A stretch of 64,000 bases of DNA from assembly GCF_964355755.1 (NCBI RefSeq), contig NC_092675.1:31480912-31544911 (forward strand), read 5' to 3'. This DNA is from Antedon mediterranea. Its lineage: Eukaryota > Animalia > Echinodermata. The notes below the pieces were generated by a model. That model made no database searches. It saw only the letters and a program-made list of their open reading frames with translations, and was not told the DNA's origin. Position numbers and translations under genes: made by a program. Of this stretch, positions 1 through 11,700 are shown piece after piece (position 1 is the stretch's first letter; each line of letters begins with the position of its first letter).

Positions 1-117
1 AGATTACTGCACTGAGAGTCAACTAAACAGCTGTTTAACAACAACAAAACCGATAGGGATACCATTACCTGCCAGCACACCACCAGAAACAACCAATACC
101 AGTGATAATTCATGACA

Positions 118-533
118 AGAAATGAACTAATTGACCCACTACCTTATAGCATGGAGTTAGTTCCTAACTTATTTCTACATGCTTATAGTAATTGACCCAC
201 TACCTTATAGCATGGAGTTAGTTCCTAACTTATTTCTACATGCTTATAGTAATTGACCCACTACCTTATAGCATGGAGTTAGTTCCTAACTTATTTCTAA
301 TTGAGCCACTACCTTATAGCATGGAGTTAGTTCCTAACTTATTTCTAATTGAGCCACTACCTTATAGCATGGAGTTAGTTCCTAACTTATTTCTACATGA
401 AATGAACTAATTGAGCCACTACCTTATAGCATGGAGTTAGTTCTTAACTTATTTCTACATGAAATGAACTAATTGACCCACTACCTTATAGCATGGAGTT
501 AGTTCCTAACTTATTTCTACATGCTACTTATAG
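118..533. repeat. Tandem minisatellite, 7 copies of a ~48-62 bp mosaic unit
   Basis: The core aattga(c/g)ccactaccttatagcatggagttagttcctaacttatttcta recurs at ~129, 190, 251, 299, 347, 409 and 471 with variable linkers. Confidence 0.95.
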
Positions 534-1126
534 TAAGCAAAATAAGTACAGTACTCAACAATTTTAAAGATCTCAATCTGATCCATTTTAAGAATTTTAA
601 TATCCGATATACTTACACATTGAAAAATGTTTGATGCATGCCACTTGACTGTCAGAACGTATACTTATACCATCACTTACCACTTAAAGAGGTAGGGTCT
701 GTCAAAACTGACATCAACTTCATACCAAAGTGGTATTATTTACATAATGTGTATTCATAGAAGCTTAATATCCATGATCAATAGTTCAACTTGTGATGCC
801 ATTCATTTTCTTCTGTTAATACAGTATACATTTACCAAAATCAGGGCAAGAACTATAGGACTAATCAAATTTATAGTAATTCAATAAAAATCCTCGGTGT
901 GTAGATACCAAATGTATTTACTGTTGTCAATAAAAGCATTTAAATCTGTAAAACAGATTTCTCATTGAATTAGTTAAAATTGGATTTTTAGACAATATGG
1001 GCAACATTCTACCGCTGATTTTCTGGCATACAAAACTACAAAACAAACAAAATGAGAGTAAGAGATAGTTGCCAAAACTTTATTTTTTAATACAGTAAGA
1101 TGTTGTCTATGCTGCGATCATCTTGC

Positions 1127-2523
1127 TTATTTTGCTTGTGATGCTGCTCCACGTTGTCTTGGTGTGGGTGTTGTGCCCTCTCTGAAACCATTACTATAAT
1201 ATGAATATATATAAACATTAATATTATTAGTTTAGTATAAAATGTCCACTAACCCTGTAACCTAATTTATTTTTTTCTATGTATTTTATTGGAATTTAAG
1301 GGGGCCCTGAATATCAACTGCCATTAATTTGTCCAGCTGAAAGGGTTACCCTTTATAAATAAAGTTGAAATAAAAAAAAAATGATTGTAAGTTGTTGAAT
1401 AGATCATCTTGTACACCCTATAATTTGTTTTTATTAATTTAAAGCGGTGAATATCGATGAATACAAACTTACGTGAATCTTCTGTGCACATCTTTAAGAT
1501 GTCTGATTCTACCAGTTCCTGTAGTACGTCGCCTTTTAGCTTTAATACTCCAGTTATCTATTAAAAATTATGTTTGAGCAATTCAATACACACAAAATAA
1601 TTACAGTTTTGAAATGAATTTAGAGCTTCAAAAATGTTATATATAACCTTAGAAAATACAAGCCTTACATGTCCTTATTCTTTTAGAAGGATATCCACAT
1701 GCTGCACACGTCTTCTTTTGAATGTGGTAACTTCGCCGACCACACCTTCTACAGAAAGTGTGCGACTTGTTATGCCGCTTCCCAAAACTGGATGTACCCT
1801 TGGTCTGTTAAAAATTGTAAAATAATGTTAACACATCTTAACCAGTGTTTTAGTAAGTACTACAAGTAGTAAGTAAGTAATACGCCGACTCCAGAAGAGC
1901 GAGGGAGAAGATGGGAAGAAGGCGACACATATATCACATCAGTTGAATTTTTTTTTTTTATGAAATGGCAAGTGTAAATAAGGCCACACACCACGACCAA
2001 TCGCACTGTTGTTACTGTTAGTGCGAGTGACTAGTAGTAGCCTGTCATCCTAGCCTCTGCTTCGGCCGGCTCACACCTCACTCAGCAGTACAGTACACAG
2101 TACCTAAAGTTTCGGCCGATATTATAGCCCAACCTAATATTAATAATAAATAAAGGGAAGGCCTAGTTGGGACATAGTTTAATCTTTATAATGTTCCCTT
2201 AGCAATATTACATGACCATAATTACAGTCTACAGGACTACGACATTAATTTGTCAAGAAGCCTAGCCTAGCACATAAGCACATACTGTCCTAAGCCTAGG
2301 ACAGTAGAAGAGGAACGAATGACCTGGTGGTTCTAGCTAGGCATAATGGTTATGGCATTTCAATCAAGCATTTCTACAAAACAAACACAAATTAACCGTT
2401 TTAACGATTATAAGATAACTATTATTTATTGTTATTACATTTTTCGGACAAAAAAAGTACCGATGTTTAATAATAACCGTGATTGTTATAGATTACTTTA
2501 CCATTACAAATTATGCTTACCAT
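1127..2523 (-). CDS. RPL37: 60S ribosomal protein L37 (4 coding exons)
   Basis: Exons 2521-2523 (ATG only), 1669-1804, 1473-1557 and 1127-1193, all GT-AG. Translation [96 protein letters not shown] is the L37e C4 zinc finger. Confidence 0.98.
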
Positions 2524-2869
2524 TTCGGCTTTATGGGAATTTCGAAAAGGCTGTCCTCTCTCGGTTGTAATACAAAGTAGACAATTAGACGTTCATTATA
2601 CAGTACAGCAATGGGTGGACAGCCAGAGAGCGAATGGACAAGGAGTCTAATCGACAAGTCGATATAACGTAATATCCGAAGGGGAATTCCATTTAAGGAC
2701 AATGACGTAATGTTATGCTTCCACGTTGTCACTGCCACGACCCCAACTTTATGTTGGAAGTCACAGTCAATAAAAGACAGGACGCAATGTTTTTTCCTGT
2801 ATTCACTGGTTATTAGGTCTTGTTCAGTTCTGCAACGTAGGCTACTAATTAAACATTTAACAACTCAAT
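2524..2869. promoter_or_regulatory. Divergent RPL37/FBXO4 promoter; TOP/TCT-like pyrimidine start for RPL37
   Basis: Only ~350 bp separates the divergent ATGs. The minus strand has CCTTTTC at 2544-2550, ~20 nt before the RPL37 ATG. A CRE-like ATGACGTAAT lies at ~2702 and the region is locally CpG-rich. Confidence 0.65.
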
Positions 2870-5288
2870 ATGTTTGGTAATGAGGAAACTCTTGCGCATG
2901 TCAACCAATTACTAATTCTACAACAAAAACAAGAAAATGCAATGGGATTTGATTTTGATTCCGTCGTTAAGTCATCTTATAAATTATTCGCAAGCATGTA
3001 CGGTGAAAGTGGCATTGAAGGGAACACTACTGAGGGACAATCCACCACTAGCCATCAGATGTCAGAAAACCAGTACAATGATGATATTGTAATCATGGTT
3101 GAACCAAGTACAACTGAAATTAGTTTTAATACCTTTGGTATTCTGGACCTTCCTGTAAGTATAAGTCTACAGAATATCGGATATAGTCACTGAAACCAAG
3201 GCAATCTAACAGATTGCCTTGCCGAAACAACAGGATTTCAAAAACTATAACATGCTTAGTTATTACTATATTAGTAGGTTTTTGCTTTTTCAGACTATAT
3301 TACTAACAGTATATATTTTACCTAGAATGCATTGCTATTAATTTGTCTTCATAACATTTCCTTTGGATTTGTTATTACTGTTACTGTATTTATTTGTTGA
3401 ATATAGTTTAAACATTCAATTTCAGGTACAGGTGCAACTGCACATATTTTCATTTTTGACTGCTCAAGATTTAAGTCAAGCTAGTCAGAGTTGTCGTACA
3501 TGGAATGATTTGTGTTCAGACCATCTTCTCTGGAAACGGTTGCTGAACATAGACCAACATCAATGGAACACTGTTAGTCATAGTACCAACCCTGCTGTTT
3601 ACAGAGCTGTTGATTCTGACCTTTCACAAAAAGAAATGTAAGAATTTGACCAAACAGTGTAAACCTCTGTCTATACTATAACATTTTAAGTGACAAAAAA
3701 TGTGATGTGCCCATATATGGTATAGACATGATGATGTCATATCACTACCATATTTAGACACATCACACTTTTTTTGTCAAACTAGTTTGATAGTGTGGAC
3801 AGAGCTTTTGTGTATGAATATACTCAAATAGTTTAATCATACCAGTATTTTATATTAATTTTTATTAAGAGAAATCTTTTTTTAATTGCAGCTATTCAAG
3901 ATGTTGTCCACATGCCCAGTCTGTAATCACTGGTCTTCGTTTTTCAATTCCAAGACTTTTTCGATCCTTAGTTTTGACAAAACCACCAAAAATTGTAATG
4001 TTTGGTCCTGGTTTAGAATGTGAAGACACTTCATCCATTGTTCGCAAGTTTCTTGGAGAAAGACCAGAAATCTTCAAAACTTGTGGTGGTTTCCCAGGAG
4101 AATTCCCAGGAAGTAAGTCAATTATTAGTCATTTTAATTAAATATGAATGTTTAAAAACTATTTTTTTTGTAATGAAAATATTATATAATAGTAATGTGA
4201 ATATTAGTGCAATATAGAATGACATTTTTACTGTGACCTACTTTCACTTTCAGGTATAGGTACTGGTTTCTATGTTAAAGTGGAAAATACATTTCAGATT
4301 CGTTTGATTACACTTTACTCAGGGACAAGGTAAGCAATTATGTAATGAAAAATAAACCAATTTGGATATCATGTAGGCCTATCTATCTATTTAACCTACT
4401 GTTGCATATTAAATATGTGCAATTTAACGTTAATCATACATTTTATTTCCTTAAAAGGAAAGAACGAGAGAACCAAAATGTAAACCAACGAGCAAGTCGA
4501 AATAAGCTGTTGGTAGCTGCAGCAGCAAGAGATGAAGAAGACATTGTTAACCAAGAAAATAATGGCGAGAACCCATTTGATGCAAGTCATTCTGTGAGGG
4601 CGCTGTGTAGGACGGTTGATGCGTTTATATTTGTACTGAATGCTTCTACGTCTGCTACAACATCTGGTTAGTTTGATTTTTTTTAATTAAAATATTTTGA
4701 CAAATCAGGGTGATAAAGAGCATCCATTATAATATTACGTGCAAATTATATTTTGCTATTGAACTATGATTTGTATTGCTTGTTGCAGTTTCTGAAGGAA
4801 AACCAGAGTTATTGACAATAATGAATGACAGATGGACACATCCTTCAATACCATTACTTATTTTATCATGCGTTAAAAATGATGATGTTACAAGAGTGTC
4901 TTGCATAACTGTTGCTGATCAATTACAACTTCACAATATGAACAGAGTTTGGAAAGTAAGTTTTATTTTTTTATAACTTTTGTGAAAGACTAAGTTCACT
5001 ATCACAACATTTTTGTGCCCATTGTAGTTTTTATATAAAAGTAGTTTTTCTGAAGTTTTATAAAATAATAAGTGATGAAAATAAGCTCAAAGTAAGGTTA
5101 ATATACCTAGATGTTATAGCAACCAGGTTAATACTGGAGATCATATTGTACACTGTTCCAAGTCAACAGGTTAATGATAATTAATTACCGTTTCATTTCT
5201 GTTACAGATGTACAACTGTAATATACAAACACTAGATGGAGTCACTGATGGTATAAAATGGATTAAAGGTGCTGTAGACAGCAGGTGA
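2870..5288 (+). CDS. FBXO4: F-box only protein 4 (7 exons)
   Basis: Exons 2870-3154, 3426-3637, 3892-4112, 4254-4329, 4458-4666, 4789-4955 and 5208-5288. F-box LPVQVQLHIFSFLTAQDL..WNDLCSDHLLWKRLL, FBXO4-type VMFGPGLE, LITLYS.TRKERE, PLLILSC, LDGVTDGIKWI. AATAAA at 5421. Confidence 0.92.
3663..3806. mobile_element. ~150 bp MITE (family H, PIF/Harbinger-like)
   Basis: Inverted ends CTCTGTCTA..CTAT / ATAGTGTGGACAGAGCT. The same family occurs at 10925, 29211, 31994, 32637 and 43860. Confidence 0.8.
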
Positions 5289-5726
5289 TGAACCAGTGCA
5301 TGCAACATATGCTGCTTTAACTCAATTAGGCTCATATTAAGGTTTTATAACAAAGTATTTCAAAGTCTTGATTGCAACTACAATTGTAAATTATTTATAA
5401 ACAACTATTCTATTTTGTATAATAAAAATGTGCAATACCTATACAAAGATATCAATGTATTTACATACATGTGTTGATAAATTAATTAACCTTTTATAAA
5501 CAGTTGGTCAAAGTTGTTAATAAATATTTGTTTCAATGCTTCCGATCTTTGCAATAAAAATGATTTCTATCAATTATGAGTAATACATCATCATTAGCAT
5601 TAGTGGTTTGCATACTACTAGTGTAACTGTTATGTACACACAGTAAGTGGATGGTGTTTCTGCTACAAATGACTATTATGGGATGTCTGCTGTATAAAAT
5701 CAATATACCCATCTTTATGATCATTG

Positions 5727-8700
5727 TTATTGTGCCAGGACTTCTTGTACAGCATTTTTAATTGCATCCACACAAGTCGTCAACATTTCCTCAGTTAAAG
5801 TGCAATTTATAGCGACACGAATACTGAAAAACAAATATATCTTTGATATTTAACAGTTTCAATATTGTAAGGAAAAACAATAAATTGAGTAATATGTAAA
5901 GTTCAAATACCTTGGTTCCGGTGGGTTGTATTCTTCATCATTAAGATATCGTGCTACTGTTAAGACAGCTCCATGATCAAGTGCCTACAATAAGAAGTAT
6001 ATTAAGATATCGTGCTACTGTTAAGACAGCTCCATGATCAAGTGCCTACAATAAGAAGTATATTAAGATATCGTGCTACTGTTAAGACAGCTCCATGATC
6101 AAGTGCCTACAATAAGAAGTATATTAAGATATCGTGCTACTGTTAAGACAGCTCCATGATCAAGTGCCTACAATAAGAAGTATGACATTCTTATTTTTGT
6201 AGATCCAATTAAATAGAAAAGTAAATATTTGAAACAAAATTAAATTATTCCAAAATCTAAGTCTGTACAGTATTTATAATAAAATATGAAGTCGTATAAA
6301 CTATTCATAATAAAACTGACCTTATCTACAATACTCTGTAGAAGTCGAAGGTCATCGTCATGGCTTCCTACAGATTTTGTTAGGTATAAATGTTGTACTG
6401 GTGACACAGCTTCACCAACCCTCTTCAGACCTGGAATGCTGAAAATAATAATAAATATATGTTTATTCTTACTCCTGAGGCTAATTAAGTATAACTCAAC
6501 AGTTCTTTTCAGAACTGAATACAACTTTATATCAACATATTGATTTCGCCACGCAAACAATAAAATAAAAACATCAAGAATTCCTGGAACTTTATAACTC
6601 AGTGGCATAGTATTTTTACAAAGCAGTATTTAATCGTGTTATTTCATTTCCTGTATTCTGTTACATCCCAAAAACTTTACTGTAATTGAAAAAAGGAAAT
6701 AACACAGTTTCCAAGCTATAGCTTCAAATTTGTGGGAGGTGTAAATATCAAAATCAAACATTACTTGTTTAATTGTTCATGCATTAACTTTGTATTTCGA
6801 CGTAAAGTCTTGAACATTCCTGGCTCTTTTTTCATAATTTCCAATGCAGTAAGAGAAGATGATGCCAACAACGGCGGAAGAGATGCAGAAAAACAATAAC
6901 CACTGCCAGATAACACCTGGAAAGAAAGACAAACAACTTGTCAGTAAGAGAAGATGATGCCAACAACGGCGGAAGAGATGCAGAAAAACAATAACCACTG
7001 CCAGATAACACCTGGAAAGAAAGACAAACAACTTGGGTGGTTTGTAAACAAATAAATCTAGAGATTGAACTATCATCAGTACATTAATTTCTATAATTTC
7101 AAAACACAGTGTAATATCTGACCTCTCTTTCTATCATGATCAAAGCTACTTCAACAATTACACTTATTTAGTCATTGTAAAAATACTGAAAGATAAAAAC
7201 TAATTGTTGACAACAACGTACCTGGTGATCTACGACATATTGTGTACCTGCACAGAATCCTCCAGTTGTACCAAAGGAATTCTCTAAGGATGCACATATC
7301 AGGTCAACGTTGCTAACCTTAGAAAACACACACAAATAAAACAACAAAATGCATTTGGATGAAAGATAGATCTCATCCTTATTTATAGAATTTATGCTAT
7401 TTTCATATGCATCACTAATATATATATATATAAAAAAAAGAATTTTTAACAGATAATTATTTGAAATCTAAAATACACTTTTCTAACCTAAATGGTTTTA
7501 TGAAATTAACATGCTTATAAAAGAAATAATAATGGAAGCTAGATATGATTCACAACTGTGATGTAACTTACAGGAATGTTGTAATGTTCAGTTAGGCCTT
7601 TTCCTGAATCTCCAAGAACTCCAAGAGACAAACTTTCTTCTAAGAAAATACGAACCTTGTACTTGAACTTGAACTCAACCTTCATGCAAATACAATTAAA
7701 TCAATCAATCTATATAAATTCAGTTGGTCACTTAACTAATGTTAAACCTTTATACAGTCAGTTGGTCACTTAACTAATGTTAAACCTTCATACAGTCAGT
7801 TGGTCACTTAACTAATGTTAAACCTTCATACAGTCAGCTGGTCACTTAACTAATGTTAAACCTTCATACAGTCAGTTGGTCACTTAACTAATGTTAAACC
7901 TATATTGAAAATATTCTTTTTTCCAAACCAATAATTAGTAAAAACTAACCTTGACAGTTTCGCTGTCCTGATCGGACAGCTTCTTCAGAAATAATGACGA
8001 TCTATCATCAAACAGACTGACCTCTAGAGGGCCTATTCTGTTTAATGACAGGGTCATACACGTGACTGAGTTGGTGGGTGCCCTCGTCTCTGTTGATGAT
8101 TTGGTTTCCTCGTCTGCGGATCCAGATGGCTTCTCTGATGCGTCGGTTGTTTGTATCTGGTTCCCTGTCGATGATTTTAGGTTGTGTCCAGTCTATATAT
8201 GTGATTTAACTTGACGGCATGATCTGCTATAGCTGATTTGCTCAGTTCATTTTTTGATTCTCTATGTGATTGACGAGTGAAGTTCTTTCTCTGTTGGGTT
8301 ATCTTTTCCGTTTCTTTTCTATGTTCTTTTAACCTTGTGTCAAAACAACGACCCGTTTCTCCAATGTAGGTGAGATCACAATTAGAACATGAGATTTCGT
8401 AGACGCAATTAGCCACTTTCAATTTGTCAACTTGGTCTTTTGGGTGGACAAGTAGTTGGCGTAATGAAGTGTGGGGTTTCATAGCTGTGTTGATGCCAAA
8501 CTCCTTAAACACTTTACTAACTCGCTCCGAAAGTCCTGCTACATAAGGGACGACTACAAATCCTTTGCTTTCCATGGTGTTTTCTTTCTTCTTGGATGTT
8601 ACTTTTTTATTTTCTTTTATTTTTTTCTTTACTTGGTTGAATGACCACTTAGGATAGCCACATCTGGAAAGGGCTGATGTTATATTGGCCTCTTCTGTAT

Positions 8701-11700
8701 TACGATCTGCATCCATAGTGACAATGGAATTCATACGGTCAAATAGTGTTCTGATTATTCCCAGTTTTTGATGTACAGGATGGTGAGAATCAAAATGTAG
8801 GTACTGGTCCGTATGTGTCGGTTTTCTATATACTAAAAGTTTGACAGATCCATCTGGTTTTGTAATGATGAGAGAATCGAGGAAAGGGATCTTGTTTTCA
8901 TATTCTTTCTCGTAGGTGAACTTTATGGTGCCAGCTGGGTCAGATGAATTGAGATGTTTTGAGATTTTCAACTTGGTCTTGTTTAACAATTTCAAGAACG
9001 TCATCCACGTAGCGTTTCCATAACCGAGGTTTACATTCTAAGGGTGCTGACGCTATAGCTTTCTGTTCTAGAAATTCTAAATACAGGTTCGCTACAATGG
9101 GAGAGACTGGGCTCCCCATGGCTGCCCCAAATCTTTGTTGGTCAATAATCCCTCGGAATGTAAAATAGGTGGTAGTTAGGACGAACTTTAATAACTCCAT
9201 GATGTCATCTATGTCCAATAGTGTTCTGTTTTTAAGGTCATTATCCTCTTGTAGATCGTCATTATTTCTGAAGAAGCTGTCTGATCAGGACAGCGAAACT
9301 GTCAAGGTTAGTTTTTACTTATTATTGGTTTGGAAAAAAGAATATTTTCAATATACTTATACCTACAAACCAGATGAACATTTTCAATAAAGTTAAACCT
9401 TCATACAGTCAGTTGGTCACGTACTGTAACTAATGTTAAACCTTCATACATTCAGTTGGTCACTTAACTAATGTTAAACCTTTATACAGTCAGTTGGTCA
9501 CTTAACTAATGTTAAACCTTTATACAGTCAGTTGGTCACTTAACTAATGTTAAACCTTTATACAGTCAGTTGGTCACTTAACTAATGTTAAACCTTTATA
9601 CAGTCAGTTGGTCACTTAACTAATGTTAAACAATCATACATTAATTTGGTCATTCTTAAAGAATTAATAACTCTAAAATGTAGTTGAAAAGAAACTTACT
9701 AATTTGGGCAAAGGAGCAATATCGCCATAATTGATAAACAATGCTTCTGTGACTATAAAACGTCTTGTAACTTTAGCTTTCTTTGGGTTCTGAATAAAAA
9801 AACATAAAAATAATTAATTCAACAAAATTAAATAAACTATATATTGTTACAATATGCAAAATGTTATTGTTGATTTTCGTTTAAAAAAAATGACCTTCTT
9901 GTCTTCTTCGGCTTGTTCCTGAAGAAGACGTTCAAGATCTTCCATGTCATTATGTTTATAAAATCTTAATGCACTCCTAGATGCCAACAATCCCATCTGT
10001 ATTGAGAAGTTCACACCTTTATCACTACAAAAACAATAGCAATATCAAATTAACACATTATGTTACAACTGAATGATGATTACAGTATATGGCTTTCAAC
10101 ATAAATTCTATTAATATAATAAATATTATACAAACATATCTATATATAACTTCTCTATTGTATAACATATAAAATGTAGAATTATTTACAACATTAATTA
10201 ATGAATTATTACAACATTGTTCATACAAACTATTATAATACATACCAAAAAATAACATCACCACGTTTTGAGTATGATGGTATAGCACTAGCGATTGTTG
10301 AAAAGCCATACGAGTACAGAACTGCTGCTTGTACACCAAGAAAACTGGCTAATTCTTTCTCCAAGTTTAAGTGAACATCTAAAATGGCATAAACAAGAAA
10401 GTTTCACAAACAAAATGATATCTATTAAATATTATGGATTAATAAGGAAGTATCAGTTGGTAAACACAGACTGAGTGCGCAGCAAAAATACTATCTGAAT
10501 TATTGAAACACGTCTTTCTTAAAAAGAATCATTATCTACAAATATTAGCATACAACATAATGTTAACTCACCCATAGTACCAAAGAATCCACGAGGTCCA
10601 CACGATCCAACACCATACTTACTCAGTGCTGTTATAGCAGTTTTCTAAATTAAAAAAAAGGTTAAAATATATTTAAATCATGCAGCTAACCACATGAAGA
10701 CTGTAAAAAATTATATTACTATACCAGATGATGTTTATATAAAATAATTAAGTATAAGACTTATTGTGAGACTTACCACTGGTTCATCTCTGCCAACCAT
10801 TCCAAGGAAATTGAATGTTGCCAAGTTAACACCTTCTTTCCCATCTACGGTTACTAAGCTACCAGATTGTCTGCAAGAATAAGGAGCGACATTATTAACC
10901 ATGGAATAATAGGATATCATCTAAAGCTCTGTCTACACTATCAAATTAGTTTGACCCAAAATGTGACATGTGCTCAAATATGTTAGCAGTGATATGACAT
11001 CATCATGTCTATATATGGTCACATAAAGTTTGATAGTGAATGAAAATATATTTTTATTGATATAAACATTAATAGCATATTAAATACAATTATCAATTCA
11101 TAGTGAAAAGTACATACTTTGTTACTGTTTTATATTGGAGAGCAGGGTGATCTTGTGGTGTATCTGGAACTAAAGGCTCTGGCTTCCACTCCAAAACCAA
11201 ATTGTCTTCCTCCTTTAGTAGAAATATTTTATTTGCACAAATTGATAAAAATGACAGTGTTTTTTCTTTTGGTGATATACTTATTTTCTTTTTATAGGCT
11301 AGGGAGTGTAAATATTACTTCAAAAGTCATTATAGGCATAATTTACAAATTCTTAAAATCATTAAATCATAAATAAAGAAAATTCAAGAGCTAATTGTTT
11401 GGTAAAAGCTTTGTACATTTTCTATAACATACCTCTTTGGTAAGACCTTGTACATTTTCTATAACATAGCTTTTTGATAAGAGTAGCCATATAATAAGCA
11501 TGATCAGTATGACTTCAAAGGCAACATGGTAGTTTGGTGCCTGCAATGAAAGATACAGTACAAGACAAATAAAAAATAATGAATGAATCTTTTTGGAATT
11601 ATCATAATCAGCATAATATCCACCATGGCAATAATTACATTTTGTTGTAAATGTTTTTTATCAAACAGTCAATATTAAAGTAACACTAACAGGGAAATAC

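Larger units (their letters stand above)
7902..9391 (-). mobile_element. 5'-truncated Penelope-like retroelement (RT C-terminal part + GIY-YIG endonuclease), frameshifted, with inverted pLTR
   Basis: Minus-strand ORFs 8940-9218 ([23 protein letters not shown]) and 8177-9004 ([33 protein letters not shown]....RLKEH). 7901-8004 is inverted relative to 9252-9355. TSD gttaaacct at 7893-7901 and 9392-9400. Confidence 0.95.
7720..9655. repeat. 38-bp minisatellite (~12 copies) split by the Penelope insertion
   Basis: Unit cagttggtcacttaactaatgttaaacctt(c/t)atacagt at 7720-7900 and 9392-9655. Confidence 0.95.

Noticed and set aside
118-533. CRISPR-like repeat with short variable linkers
   Set aside because: The linkers are themselves repeated, there are no unique spacers or cas genes, and the context is eukaryotic.
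1298-1382. Short stem-loop plus AATAAA/A-tail in RPL37 intron 3 (similar at 15300-15385)
   Set aside because: These are probably retroelement 3' stubs, but too short to classify.
1194-2520. Intronic snoRNA in RPL37
   Set aside because: No convincing paired C (RTGATGA) and D (CTGA) boxes with a terminal stem were found by eye. H/ACA snoRNAs cannot be excluded.
6890-6912. miR-34/449-like TGGCAGTGGTTATTG on the minus strand
   Set aside because: It is SPTLC1 coding sequence (SGSGY) with no precursor hairpin.
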